Source: Mobula hypostoma
Taxonomy: Eukaryota
Reading direction: 5' to 3'
Length of the DNA: 64,000 nucleotides
Assembly: GCF_963921235.1 (NCBI RefSeq)
Contig: NC_086097.1
Span: forward strand, 242,732,001-242,796,000
In this document: positions 1 to 13,102 of the stretch, piece after piece
How positions within the stretch are numbered: position 1 is the first letter of the stretch
Layout of the letters: every line of letters starts with the position of its first letter
Position numbers and translations under genes: made by a program
The notes under the pieces: generated by a model
The model's database searches: none
Told to the model about the DNA's origin: nothing
The model's input: the letters and a program-made list of their open reading frames with translations, nothing else

Positions 1-59
1 CTCCTGTGCTTTGTGCGTGTTAGTTTGAGGTGAGATCAGTATGGGAATACAGGAGCAGT

Positions 60-365
60 AAACCTGCTACCTGCACCAATTTGTGTGATGGGAAGGTTAG
101 AACAATGGAATTCAGGATGAGTTAACAAATTAGATATAAAATTACCACAGTGGTTGGAACCAAAGGGTGCTATCGAAGGATTCTTTTTCATACTAGTGAC
201 CTGTGACCAGTGGTGTGCCTCAGGGACAGGTCCTGGGCCCTCTGCTTGCCATATGTCTTCATGGCCTGGATGAGAATGGAAGTGGGCTGATTAATAAGTT
301 TGCAGATGATACCAAAATAGATGGTAATGTGGCCAATAAAGAAGGTTGTCCAAAATTACCAAGAG
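60..365 (+). mobile_element. Degenerate CR1 LINE reverse transcriptase fragment
   Basis: ORF 203: TSGVPQGQVLGPLL...INKFADDTK (RT motifs). Confidence 0.8.
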
Positions 366-369
366 TTGG

Positions 370-2825
370 ATTAAGTGGGCAGGGTGGAATTGATGGCTTT
401 GCTGCAAAATTTGCAGACAATATGAAGATATATGGAGAGGCAGGTAGATTTGAGGAAGTAGAGAGGCTACAGAACGACATAGACAGATTTGGAGAATGGG
501 CAAAGAAATGGCACAGTGATGGGAAGCGTATGGACATGCACTTTGGTAGAAGAAACGGAAGGGTTGACTATTTTCCAAATGGAGAGAAAATACAAGAAAC
601 TTATATACAAAAGGACAATAGAAAATAGACAATAGACAATAGGTGCAGGAGTAGGCCATTTGGCCCTTCGAGCCAGCACCGCCATTCACTGTGATCATGG
701 CTGATCATCCACAATCAGTATCCAGTTCCTGCCTTATCCCCATAACCTTTGATTCTGCTTTCTTTAAGAGCTCTATCCATCTCTTTCTTGAAAGCATCCG
801 GAGACTTGGCCTCCACAGCCTTCTGGGGCAGAGCATTCCATACATTCACCACTCTCTGGGTGAAAAAGCCTTTCCTCAATTCCGTTCTAAATGGCCTACC
901 CCTTATTCTTAAACTGTGGCCTCTGATTCTGGACTCACCCATCAGCGGGAACATGCTTCCTGCCTCCAGCATGTCCAATCCCTTAATAACCTTATATGTT
1001 TCAATAAGATCCCCTCTCAGCCTTCTAAATTCCAGAGTGTACAAGCCCAGTTGCTCCAATCTTTCGACATATGACAGTCCCACCATCCCGGGAATTAACC
1101 TTGTGAACCTACGCTGCACTCCCTCAATAGCAAGAATGTCCTTCCTCAAATTTGGAGACCAAAACTGCACACAGTACTCCAGGTGTGGTCTCACCAGGGC
1201 CCTGTACAGTTGCAGAAGGACCTCTTTGCTCTTATACTCAATTCCCCTTGTTATGAAGGCCAGCATGCCATTAGCTCTCTTCACAGCCTGCTGTACTTGC
1301 ATGCTTGCTTTCAGTGACTGATGTACAAGAACACCTAGATCTCGTTGTACTTCCCCTTTCCTAACTTGACTCCATTTAGATAATAATCTGCCTTCCTGTT
1401 CTTACCACCAAAGTGGATAACCTCACATTTATCCACATTAAACTGCATCTGCCATGCATCTGCCCACTCACCCAGCCTGTCCAAGTCACCCTACATTCTC
1501 ATAACATCCTCCTCACATTTCACACTGCCACCCAGCTTTGCGTCATTGGCAAATTTGCTAATGTTACTTGTAATTCCCTCATCTAAATCATTAATATATA
1601 TTGTAAAGAGCTGCGGTCCCAGTACTGAACCCTGCGGTACCCCACTGGTCACCACCTGCCATTTCGAAAGGGACCCATTAATCGCTACTCTTCGTTTTCT
1701 GTCAGCCAGCCAATTTTCAATCCATGTCAGTACTCTGCCCCAATACCATGTGCCCTAATTTTGCCCACTAATCTCCTATGTGGGACTTTATCAAAGGCTT
1801 TCTGAAAGTCCAGATACACTACATCCACTGGCTCTCCCTTGTCATTTTCATAGTTACATCCTCAAAAAATTCCAGAGGATTAGTTAATCACGATTTCCCC
1901 TTCATAAATCCATGCTGACTTGGACTGATCCTGTTACTGCTATCCAGATGTGTCGTAATTTCATCTTTTATAATTGACTCCAGCATCTTTCCCACCACCG
2001 ACGTCAGGCTAACCGGTCTATAATTCCCTGTTTTCTCTCTCCCTCCCTTCTTGAAGAGAGGGACATCATTAGCCACCCTCCAATCCACAGGAACTGATTC
2101 TTAAAGATCCTTGGGAGTCCTTGTGCAGGATTCCTTAAAGGTTAATTTGTAGGTTGAGTTTATGGGGAGGAAGGCAAATACAATGGTAACATTAATTTCA
2201 AGAGTACTAGAATATAAAAGCAAGAATGTAATGTTGAGGCTTTATAAAGCACTGGTGAGGCCTCACTTTGTGTATTGTGAACAACTTTGGACCCCTTATC
2301 TTAGGAACAATATGCTGACATTAGAGAGGGTTCAAAGGGTATTCATGAAAATGTTTCCAGGATTGAATGGCTTGTCATATGAAGAGCGTTTGATGGCTCT
2401 GGGTCTGTATTCGCTGGAATTCAAAAGAATGAGAGCTTATCTCATTGACATCTATTGAATGGTGAAAGGCCTTGATAGAGTGGATGTGGAGCAGATGTTT
2501 CCTATGGTGGGAGAGTCTATGATCCGAGGACACAGCCTCAGAACAGAGGGGCGTCCTTTTAGAACGATGCTGAGAAATTTCTTTAGCTAGATGATGATGA
2601 ATCTGTGGAATTCTTTGCTGCAGACAGCTGTGGAGGCCATTTCTTTATGTATAGTTAAGGCAGAGGTTGGTAGATTCTTGATTAGTCAGGGCAGAAGGGG
2701 TATGGAGAGAAGGCAGGAGATTGCGGATGAGGGAAAACTGGATCAGCCATGATGAAATGGCGGAGCAGACTTGATGGACCAAATGGCCTAATTCTGTTCT
2801 TTTATCTTATGGTCTTATGGTCTAA
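370..2825 (+). mobile_element. Older CR1 3' part (370-615 and ~2105-2825), split by a younger minus-strand CR1
   Basis: KFADNMKI...LQNDIDRFGEWAKKW continues after 2105 as LYKALVRPH...; ends in a (tcttatgg)n tail. Confidence 0.8.
616..2098 (-). mobile_element. 5'-truncated CR1 LINE (RT and 3' UTR)
   Basis: ORFs 1888-2088 (NYRPVSLTS) and 715-1302 (LVRPHLEYCVQFWSP); (atagaca)n tail at 616-642; same family as the 32069-41766 copy. Confidence 0.95.
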
Positions 2826-3292
2826 TTAGGGCATTTGGTCCATCAAGTCTGCTTTGCTATTTCGTCACAGCTGATCCATTTCCCTCTAAACCCCATTCTC
2901 CTACCTTCTCCCCAAAACCTTTCACGCCCTGACTAAACAAGAACCTATCAACCTCTGCCTTTAATACGCCCAATGACATGGCCTTCACCTGTGGCAATGA
3001 ATTCCTTAGATTCGCCACCATCTGGCAAAAGAAATTCCTCCTCATCTCCCTTCTCAATGGGTGCTCTTCTATTCTGAGGCTGTGCCCTCTGGTCCTAGAT
3101 TCCCCCACTACAGGAGACATCTTCTTCACATCCACTCTATTTAGGCCTTTCAACATTCAATAGGTTTCAATGAGACCCTCATTCTTCTAAATTCCAGTGA
3201 GAACAGCTCCAGAGCCTTCAATCATGACTCAAATGATAATCCTTTCATTCCCAGAATCATTCCCGTGAACCTCCTCTGAACCCTCTCCAATG
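2826..3292 (-). mobile_element. CR1 3' fragment
   Basis: ORF 2857-3156 GESRTRGHSLRI...RNFF. Confidence 0.85.
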
Positions 3293-3757
3293 GAGTCTTT
3301 TGTGGAATTTCTCATATACCTCATAGGGTATACCACTTAGTCCTGGGGAGGCAGATGACTTTGCTCTCTTGATGATAACCTGGACGTCATGCGACGCGGC
3401 TCTGCCACATTTAGCTCAGTTTCTGGGATTCTTGGTTGGGGGACTTTTGGATTGAATTCTAATGCCTGATTCCTATGGGGATTGCTGTGTGCTTCCTGCA
3501 GAAATTCTTCCACCTCCTGCTTTGAGGTGCTTATATTCGCTGGTTGAGAAGGGCCCTGGTGACCCTGAATGGGTTTTTAACAAACCGCGCTCTCCTTCCC
3601 CCTTCTTTGCTTTCACAGCTGCTTCACCCTCCTGAGTTTGCGCAGCTGTTCCCGCAATTTGCTGGTCAGATCTCTGGCAGCTTCTTTTTCGCCAGGTGAA
3701 CTGTTTTTGAATCGTTTGTTCGGGGTCTTTATCTCGCTTCTCAGGTGGCGAATCTCC
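3293..3757 (-). mobile_element. Fragment of a restriction-like-endonuclease LINE (Hero/NeSL-type), region just before RT
   Basis: Manual translation across frameshifts: FVKNPFRVTRALL...SKQEVEEFLQEAHSNP...VIIKRAKSSASPGLSGIPYEVY, resembling the Hero ARSxSAPGPSGIPYKVY motif. Confidence 0.6.
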
Positions 3758-3760
3758 CGT

Positions 3761-4222
3761 GGGCAAGAACGTCCCCAATGTCGCCCTCACCCTGATGGCC
3801 AGCTTCGTGTGTGGCTGCATCAGGTTGTGTGTAGAACCCAGGTATGTGGGCACCAAGTACCACTATGTGCCCAGGTTCTACCTGTCGCCCTGCCTATGAA
3901 GGATGGGTCTGGCCCCACTCCCGCGCAACGCCCCAGTCAGCTGGTCGTTGCCAGCATACCTGTCCTACGTAGAAAAGTTCTTCCAGGAGAACGCCTTTGA
4001 CCACAGGGCCATCAGGCAATGGTCGGCACGTAATGTCCTGCAGGCACTGCAGGAGAAGGACGAGATGGATTCAGTGGGGTGGTTCCCTGAGCAGACTGTC
4101 CAGTTCACCTGGCAATATGCCTCATCGCCAGATCTCACCAACAGGCACCAAGACCTCGCCTGGCTGGCAGTGAGAGGGGCCCTCCCAGTCAGAGCCCTCC
4201 TGTACGCCAGGAACGTCGTCTC
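3761..4222 (+). mobile_element. Tx1/L1-clade LINE ORF2 C-terminal fragment
   Basis: NVPNVALTLMASFV... and ORF 3903 LTNRHQDLAWLAVRGALPVR, typical of the Tx1 zf-RVT region. Confidence 0.8.
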
Positions 4223-4437
4223 GCATCAAACTTTACAACTCCTCCCTTGGAGGGTCAGACACCCTGTGCCGATAGGCTGGTCCTGGACTTATTTCATAAT
4301 TTACTGGCATAATTTATATATTACTATTTAACTATTTATGGTTCTATTACTATTTATTATTTATGATGTAACTGTAACGAAAACCAATTTCCCCCTGGGA
4401 TCAATAAAGTATGACTATGACTATGACTATGACTATG
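4223..4437 (+). mobile_element. Rex1/Babar-type LINE 3' end with (gactat)n tail
   Basis: caatttccccctgggatcaataaagta followed by tgactatgactat repeats. Confidence 0.7.
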
Positions 4438-4486
4438 TTTGGCTGCCTTGATGGCTTAAGATTCCCTTTCTTCGCCAAAACACTGA

Positions 4487-4927
4487 GTGTGTGTCTTCAG
4501 GCTCCTGTCCTTCCTCTGTGTGTCTTCAGGCTCCTGTACTTCCTCCCTGATGACAGCAAGGAGAGGAGAGCATGTTCTGGGTGACGAAGGTCCTTAATGA
4601 TGGATGCTGCCTTTCTGAGGCATCGCCTTTTGAAGGTGTCCTGGATGCTGGCGAGGCTGACCCATGATGGAACTGGTTGGGTTTGTAACTTTCAGCAGCT
4701 TTTTCCAATCCTGTGCAGTGGCCCCTCCGTACCAGATGGTGATGTAGCCAGTTTGAATGCTCTCCACAGTACATCAGTAGAACTTTCCTAGTGTCTTTGG
4801 TGACATACCAAATCTCCTCAAACTCCTAATGAAATATAGCCATTGATGTGCCTTCTTTGTAATTGCATCAATGTGGTTGCTCAGAATTGACCTTCAGAAA
4901 TGTCGATGCCCAGGAACTTAAAACTAC
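4487..4927 (-). mobile_element. Rex1/Babar-type LINE fragment
   Basis: FKFLGI...ESIQTGYITIWYG-like translation; small tandem duplication of gtgtgtcttcaggctcctgt. Confidence 0.75.
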
Positions 4928-5549
4928 TGCAAGTGCCCCCTTCCAGCAAGTTGACCTGGCTGACAAGTTCGTTACTCACTTGCCTTGTCAGCGGATATTC
5001 CTGGTGGCCGGGTTAACGAAACCCTTTGGGATGTTGTAAACAAGGCACATTTAAAAGTTCCAGGTCATTTCCCATATTAAAGTGCTCTATAAATGTAAGT
5101 TATTCCTGTTGTTTTAACATTAAAAAGAAGAGAAACACCAATGCTTCTGTTTTTGATTAATGTACAAAGGAAGTGAAAACTTTATTGAATCTTTTAAGTT
5201 ATTGTCCACATGGGGATGATTTCCTCTGGTCTTTGCACAGTAAGTACAGGATAAAGTTGTCTACTCATCATTCTTTCCGGCAGAGTCATAAATGTGTTGG
5301 GTCTGAGTGGTTTTACAATGTTGTGAAGACTAACCTATCAGCGGAAGTCTTTACATTAACTTGTACAATAACGCTGACTCATAATCAGAGGAGATTACGG
5401 GATAACAGTGCCAGAATGATGGTGGAATTTTAACACCCTTGTTATATCATGAGAGGGGAACAGAACAAGGCTGAGTGAGGAGATGAATTTCAGGGAGGTG
5501 GAGAGGGGTGGAGTTAAATCTTCAAAAATCCAATATTTAACACTACTTC

Positions 5550-6175
5550 ATGCACATTAGCATTCATTTTGAGAGGACTAGAATATAAAAGCAAGGATGT
5601 AATGCTCAAGCTTCATAAGGCATTGCTCAGACAGCACTTGGAATATTGTGAGCAGTTTTGGATCCCTTATGTGCTGACATTGGAGAGGGTACAGAGGATG
5701 TTTACGAGTATGATTCCAGGAATGAAAAGGTTAATGTATGAGGAGCATTTGAGAGCTCTGGGCTTGTACTCACAGGAATTTAAAAGGACGAGGGGGGGGC
5801 GCGATTCTCATTGAAACGTACAGAGTAATGAAAGGTCTAGATAGAGTGGATGTTTCTGACAGTGGGAAAGCCTAGGACCAGAGGGCATGGCCTCAGAATA
5901 CAAGGGCATCCCTTAAGAGCAGAGATGAGTAGGAATTTCTTTATTTTTAGAGTGGTGAATCTGCGGAATTCATAGACACAGACCAAGTCATTGGATATAT
6001 TTAAAGCAGAGGGTGGTAATTCTTAACTTGGCAGGGCATCAAAGGTTATGGGGAGAAGGCAGGAGAACTGGGCTCAGAGCCATAACGAATCAGCCATGAT
6101 CAAATGGTGGAGAAGACTCGATGGACTGAATGGCCTACTTCTGCTCCGTGTGTGTTATTGTCTTATGGCCTTATG
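5550..6175 (+). mobile_element. CR1 3' fragment
   Basis: ORF 5569 GLEYKSKDVMLKLHKALLRQHLEYC; CR1 3' UTR and tail. Confidence 0.85.
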
Positions 6176-6249
6176 TGTACTCTGATAATAAAATTACTTT
6201 GACTTTAGCTTTTGTCTTATGTTACACCAAATGGCAACAGTTGATCTCT

Positions 6250-6400
6250 GCCAAAATACTGGAGGAACACAGCAAGTGAGGCCGCATCTACGGAGCAGAA
6301 TAAGTAGTTGATTTTGGGCCGAGATCCTTCATCAGGATTAGAAAGGCAGGGAGAAGAAGCCAGAATAAGAAGGACAGGGGTAAGTAGGGCAATTTGTAGG
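6250..6400 (-). mobile_element. Penelope-like pseudo-LTR fragment with decayed hammerhead motif (6305-6340)
   Basis: Reverse complement reads atcCTGATGAaggatctcggcccaaaatcaac; a plus-strand pLTR tail follows at ~6548-6595. Confidence 0.65.
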
Positions 6401-6799
6401 TGAAACTTTGCACTGCTTATCTCATCAAGAAGGTCTTAAAGCTCCCTGCTTCATTCTCAAATAAAGATGTAACCAGCTCCCCTTCACAACCACCTTCATC
6501 CATCTGGCCATGAGGTCAGATGAGGACAAAGTATTTTGTGTCCCGTATCCAGCATTTTGTGTAAGATTTCCTTCATCTGCAGAATCTCTTGTGTAGTTGA
6601 CCTCTGCCACAGTGCACCGCGTGCTGCGAACCACCTCCGCTAGGCATAAAGGTACTTCATCTACTTCTTGTGTTATACGGAGATTTAAAAAGAATGCGTG
6701 TAAAGATTTGCAGGCTTCGAAGCGTTCCGGCGTGACAGACTGCAAACACTCAGCACCACTTGAGATCCTTTTGGTTTTCCAGTATCACAACTTTCAGTC

Positions 6800-7110
6800 T
6801 CCGAATCGGAATCAGAATGAAGTTTCTTAACAGTGATCGATGTTGTGAAATTTGTTGCTGTGCAGCAGCAGTACAGTACTGTACATAAAATATTACCATA
6901 AATTACAATAAGAACAGATAAAAATAAATAGGTAGTGCAAAAAGTGAGCAAACTAGTGAGGTACTGTTTGTGAGTTCATGAATTGTTCAGAGTCTGGACG
7001 GCGGAAGTGAAGAAACTGTTTCTAAAATATTGAGTTTGTGTCCTCAGGCTCCTGTACCTCCTCCTTGAAGGCAGTAATGAGAAATGGGCATGTCCTGGAT
7101 GGTTGTATGT
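6800..7110 (-). mobile_element. Rex1-type LINE 3' end
   Basis: (gaatca)n tail and caggctcctgtacctcctcc motif shared with other copies. Confidence 0.7.
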
Positions 7111-7129
7111 AATAGTTGTATGTGGTAGG

Positions 7130-7735
7130 AGGAGGAGAAGATGGCGGCGCGCCTGCGTGTGCTCAGCCCTCCGGTGAAAAATGATATCGTATCTGTTAAA
7201 TAGGGGCCGTGGACAATTCTGATTTGATGGAGAATGGACGTGAAAGCACAGAGGAACATCTGGAGAAATTTCTGAAACGCCCGTTTGCTGCTGTCGTTAC
7301 TGTGTGGTCGGGAATCTTTTGGAGGGTAGGCCTCAAAATCCCCGGCGACCGAGAAGGAGGTCGAATCGTTTGGACAGATATGGCGCTCAGTACTCGGTGT
7401 CAGAGAGCTGATCAGAGCTTGAAGTTTTCGGATGACTCAGAGTTGGATTGTGGTCAGCATGGCAGGGAGAGTTTTTCTTCCTTCTCCCGTCTGCGTGAGG
7501 TGTGGGACATTTGAGAAACTTTGAACTTTACTGTGCTCACAGACTTCTTCATCAAGTTATGGTATTGTACACTGTTGTAACTATATGTTATAATTATGTG
7601 GTTTTGTCAGTTTTTTCAGTCTTGGTCTGTCCTGTGTTTTGTGATATCACACTGGAGGAAATAATGCATCATTTCTTAATGCATGCATTACTAAATGACA
7701 ATAAAAGAGGACTACGTGTCTTCATAATCCTAATC
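7130..7735 (+). mobile_element. Non-autonomous retroelement (aagatggcg head, LINE-like aataaa tail)
   Basis: CpG-rich head gaagatggcggcg, no coding motif, tail aataaaagagg...taatcctaatc. Confidence 0.55.
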
Positions 7736-7844
7736 CACATGATTAAATGAACGTCAATTCTACACCTACTATACTAGGATTTGAAAATGTCTGTATTGTC
7801 ATTCCTTTATTACTCATCGGGTAGTTAGACCCTGTGTTATCAGC

Positions 7845-8932
7845 ATACTCATGATGTCTATCAATATCTGGAGAACACCTACCTCCAAACTTTCCTCTAC
7901 GTCATGTACAGCTCTGATGGGAAACTTGTCTATGCCAGCTCCTGCCCCACTGAACTCGTGCCCCATGCCTCAACTCCATTCGATCCCCCTTGGTTCAGTC
8001 CCTTCCCACCTACATTCCTGACACTTCTTACGCCCTCCATCTCCTCAACAACTTTCACTTCCCTGGCTCTGACCATGGGTGCCTCATTTTCACTATGGGT
8101 GTCCACTCTCAATGCATCTCTATCCCCCCATCAAGAAGACCTTAAAGCTCTCTGCTTCTTTCTCAACAAAAGAACCAACCAGTTCCCCACCGCCACCACC
8201 CTCCTCCATCTGACAGAACTGATCCCCACCCTCAACCATCTGTCCTTTGGCTCCTCCCACTTTTCCAAACTTAAGGGCTAGCAATGGGCCCCAGCTACGT
8301 AGAACAGTCCATGTTCTAAGTCTTGCCTGGTAATAACTCCCCAACTCTTCCCGCACTACATTGACAACTGCATTGGTGCTGCTTCTCGCACCCATGCTGA
8401 GCTCGTCAATTTCATCAACTTTGCCTCCAAATTCCACCCTGTGTTTAAATTCGCGTGGTCCATTTCTGACAACTCTCTCCCCTTTCTCCATCTCTGGGGA
8501 CAAACTGTTTACTGACACCCTTTATATAAATCTAGCCTCCAACCTGATGACATGAACATCGATTTCTCCTTCTGGTCATTTTTTCCTTCCCCCTTCCCTC
8601 TTCTTCTATTCTCCAGTCCAGCCTCTTACCTCTTCTCCTCACCTGCCTATCACCTCCCCTAGTACCCCTCCTCTCCTATCAGATTCCTTCCTCTCCAGCC
8701 CATTACCCTTCCCACCCACCTGGCTTCACCTATCACCTTCTATCTGGTCCTCCTTCCCCTCTCACCAACTTTTTATACTGGCATCTTCCCTCTTCCAGTC
8801 TTGAAGAAGGTTCTTGGTCTGAAATATCAACTGTTTATTCATTTCCATAGTTTCTGCCTGACCTGCTAAGTTCCTTTAGTATTTTGTGTGCGTTACTCTG
8901 GGTTTCCAGCATCTGCAGAATCTCTTGTGCTT
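7845..8932 (+). mobile_element. Penelope-like element, deleted RT fragment plus pseudo-LTR
   Basis: LTELIPTLNHLSFGSSHF, HYIDNCIG (YIDD-like); pyrimidine-rich 3' region; decayed hammerhead at 8796-8833. Confidence 0.85.
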
Positions 8933-9693
8933 CTGATGGGAAAATAATGTGTCCAGTCTTTTGCAATCTTGATGTCAGAATTCTGGAATTCAGTTGATAA
9001 AACTGTGGTTGAAATGCATCACCAGTGGACAGAGTCACATAGAGGCTAAACTGAGTAAACATGTAATGTTTAACCAACTCTAAGATCAATCTAACCCTTC
9101 CCTCCTACGTAGCCTTCCATTTTTTTTATCACCCATGTGCCTATCTAAGAGTTTCTTAAATGTCCCTAATGTATATGCCTTTATTACCACACTTGGCAGC
9201 ATATTCCACACATCTGCATGTGTGAAAGAATACCTCTGATATCCCCCCCTTATAATTTCTTCCAATCACCTAAAATTATATCCTCTCGTATTAGCCATTT
9301 CACCCTGGCCTCACCGACGTTTTGTACAACTTCAACATAACATCCAATCTCCTGTACTCAATACATTGATTCATGAAGGCTAGTGTGCCAAAAGCTTTCT
9401 TTAGTACCCTGCCTATCTGAGATGCCACTTTCAATGAATTATGAATCTGTATCCCCAGATCCCTATGTTCTACCACATTCCTCAGTGTCCTACTGTTCAC
9501 TATGTAAGACCTACCCTGGTTGGCCTTACCGAAGTGCAAAACTTTGCACTTGTCTGCATTAAATTCCATCTACCACCTATCAGCCCATTTTTCCAGCTGA
9601 TACAGATCCCTCTACAAGCCATGATAGTTCCTCACTGTCCATACACCCCCAATCTTGGTGCCATCCACAAATTTGCTGAGCCAATTAAACACA

Positions 9694-12600
9694 TGTAACC
9701 CTTAGGCTCGGCTGGCAGTGTTAGTCCAGGGGAAGACAGTCTCAGACCCCGCCAAACTTGTGAAATCTCGTTTGTGTGAATAATGTGTAATGTTTTTCAC
9801 TGTGTAAATCAGTACCACGAAGTAACAACATAGTACACTATATGCAATTAAATAACTGAGTTTTATAATTCTTCATTTGACTATAGGGTTAGTAGAGAAA
9901 ACAAAAAGAAAAATGTTCCATTTTAATGGAACAGTCTAAGGTGCACGTTGGAGCTCACGATTTTCCTGTCCGTTCGTTTTCCTGACCCCATTCCAAGTCC
10001 ACTCAGTCCTGCAACCTACGACCTCTACATTCTACTGAAGAAAAGCCCACGAACCCCTTGCTCTTGGGCACACAAGAAAGAAAAACACTCCCCTCACTGG
10101 ACACCGCACATTCCAAAGTCCCTCTAGTCATCGCCAGTCATAACCCAAACACTGCTGCTACAGAGAAGCCATTACATTAGCAGGGAAACCTTTCCCAGGG
10201 TGTTACACTCTCCCCACATCAAATTTAGTCATGCCCTCATGACTTTGAGATAATTTGCCAACCTTCTGCAAAACACAAAGTCCAACCTGGGTGTGACAAA
10301 GCTCCCCAAAGCAGTAGGGGCCACACTCTGTTCTCCTGGTGCTACGTAGGCCAGCCTGTCCAGTGGTCTCCTGATTCTGTGAGACCTTCGTACCCCCTCA
10401 TCAACCTCTTCATGTTCCGACAACACTGGGGACACTTCTGGTCTACCTGGCAAGGCCTTCCCCGGCCTATCACTTGTGCCCACCTGCAACTCAGACTCCT
10501 CTGTCCCTTGGCTTGAGCCCCGCTTCATCCCATGCAGGGTCCCACTGCAACCCAGGCCGTCTGCAGATAGCCCCCCCCAATATCACCTGACTCAGCATGA
10601 GAAGGGTTGGGAGTCTCTTCCTCAATCAGTGGGGACTTAGCAGAAGGCAGCATATACCACACCCCCATGTCCTCATCCTCAGAATCCGTATCCCACTCAG
10701 GGGTGGGGGCCGGTCTAACCTCTCCTGCTGGTGGTCCTGCAACACTGTGGAGTTCTGTTACTAGGTTTAAGCTCCAGAACGGGCTCTGGGTCTACCTGCA
10801 CCTCTTGTCCCAGAGGCAGTAGGTGGTTCTGATGGAGAATCTTGACAGGCCCATTCCTCTCCTCTGGTTTCACCTGGAAGACGGGTACAGTACGTTTGGC
10901 ATCTGACTCTCCACCACATAGGCCATAGCCACCCAGCAGTTGGCCAACTTATGCTACCCAGGTAGCCTCCAATTCCTCATAAGGATTCCGTCTCCCAGCA
11001 CGAGTTGGGAGAACCTAACCTTTTGATCATACCTCCTTTTATTTCCTTGATTCTGCTTGGCAGCTGCGACATCAGCTAATTCATTTGCCTTTTTCACCTC
11101 CCTTCTCATATCAAACACATACTTCAGATAAGGCTTCAGTGGTAAGTCACCCTTGTCAGTTCCAAAACAAAGGTCAATGGGCAACCTCGTCTCGAGCCCA
11201 AACATCAGATTATATGGTGAGTACCCGGTAGCTTCATTTCATGTACAGATGTAACAGTGGACCAGATGTCCAATACGTTGACTCCATCTGCTCTTCTGGC
11301 TGATCTCCAAGGTTCCGAGCATGTCTAGCAAGGTCCGATTAAACCTCTCGGGCTGGGGATCACCCTGTGGGTGATAAGGAGGAGCCCTCGACTTCTCGAC
11401 TCCGAGTATGCTCAGCAACTCATGGACGAGCCTGCTCTCGAAATCCGTCCCTGATCACTATGTATCCAACTGGGGAGGCCATAATAAATGAAATACTTCT
11501 CCCAAAACACTTTGGCCACCGTGGACGCCATCTGGTCCTTGGTAGGGAAAGCCTGCACATATCTGGTGTAGTGATTTGTGATGACTAAGGCATTTGCCGT
11601 GTTGCTGGCATCTGGCTCTACTGACAGGAAATCCATACACACCAGGTTCACGGGCCCCACACTCTGCAAGTGGGACAAGGGACCTGCCCTCGTAGGCAGC
11701 GTCTTCCCCCATATGCATTGAATGCACGACTTGCGGTATTCTTCGATTCCTGGCTTCATTTGGGGCCAGTAAAGCCAATCTTGGAGCAATCCATGGGTCC
11801 TTTCAACCCCCGAATGTCTAGAATCATGTGACTTCACCATCATCCTTCGATACTTCTCAGGCAGAACCAGCTGGGAACGCCAAGGTCGGTCCAGAGGTGA
11901 CGTGACCTGGTATAGGATCTGGTTCCTCAACTCCAACCTGGTCCATTCTCGCAGTAATGGAGACACCACAGCATACTTTGTCCTCTCCGCCTGAATCATG
12001 TCTCCCTTTCTGACCGCTGACCAAATGGTACCGATGCCCGGGTCATTTCACTGAGCAGCTGCCACTTTCCCTGAACTCAATTCCGGTGACTAGTTTGTCG
12101 TCAGAGCAGTCAGGTCATGGTAAACTTGTGTAATGGTGTCATCAGAAGCTTCCAATTGATTTACCGCTCGATCCTGCCCTTGCCTTCCATCTGCCTTCAC
12201 CGTGATGGCAAACTGACACGTGGTTTTCACCCCCGGGGCAGGGACACTTTCCCACTCTTCGCACTCTTCGTCCCTGTCCAGCCCCTCATGTGCACGTCAG
12301 GATAAGCCTCGGTGTCAATGTTCCTGCTTCTCGGCCGGTACTTCAGGCTGAAATCATAGGCAGGCAATGCCGTCAACCACCGATGGCTTGTGGCACCCAG
12401 TTTCGCTAAGGTCAGGACATAAGTTAGGGGATTGTTGTCCGTCCTCACCTCAAACTTGGCACCAGAGAGGTAGTCACTCAGCCTATCCACCACAGCCCAT
12501 TTCAACGCCAGAAACTCTACCTTGTGCATGGGATAGTTTTTCTCAGAGGGCGACAGACTCCGGCTGACAAATGCAACAGGTCTCAACCTGGTTTCCTGAT

Positions 12601-13102
12601 CCTGATACAGGATATCCCTAAGGCCTCCTGGCTGGCATCCGTATGCAGTACTTACGGTAATCGCGGGTCTGTAAAAGCCAGCACAGGCGCTTTCGTCAGC
12701 AGCTCCTTCAGCAACTGAAAGACCTCTTCACAATTTGCATCCCACCTCGGTCCAAAAGGCTCTGAAGGGTTAAGATACTCTTCACCCTCCTCTCCTTTTG
12801 TCCTCCTCCCTTTCTTCCCCAAGTGAAGGTAACCACACAGAAGCTGATTCAACGGGTGACTCACTTTTGCGTAGCCCCTCATGAACCTCCAATGGTAACC
12901 ACAGAACCTCAAAAACAAGCACAAAGCACTCACAGTCTGAGGCCTTGGCCAAGTGGTCACAGCCTCAATCTTAGACAGATCTGCAGCTACTCCATCCCAT
13001 GAGAACATGTGCCCAACATAGCTAGCAGATGTCTTGCAGAACTGGCACTTATCCAGGGAAAGTTTTAACCCGTCGGCTTTCAGGCTTTCCCAGGGTGTTA
13101 CA
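9694..13102 (-). mobile_element. Internally deleted Gypsy LTR retrotransposon (RT end, RNase H, integrase, PPT, 3' LTR)
   Basis: LTR tgtaac...gttaca 9694-10207; PPT gtggggagag adjacent; RNase H (VAFVSRSL...EFLALKWAV, VRTDNNPL); integrase (IHSDQGR); 4-bp TSD caca at 9690-9693 and 13103-13106. Confidence 0.95.

Noticed and set aside
749..1321. Long antisense ORFs over CR1 RT (also 41063-41524, 32695-33294)
   Set aside because: Shadow ORFs of LINE coding sequence.
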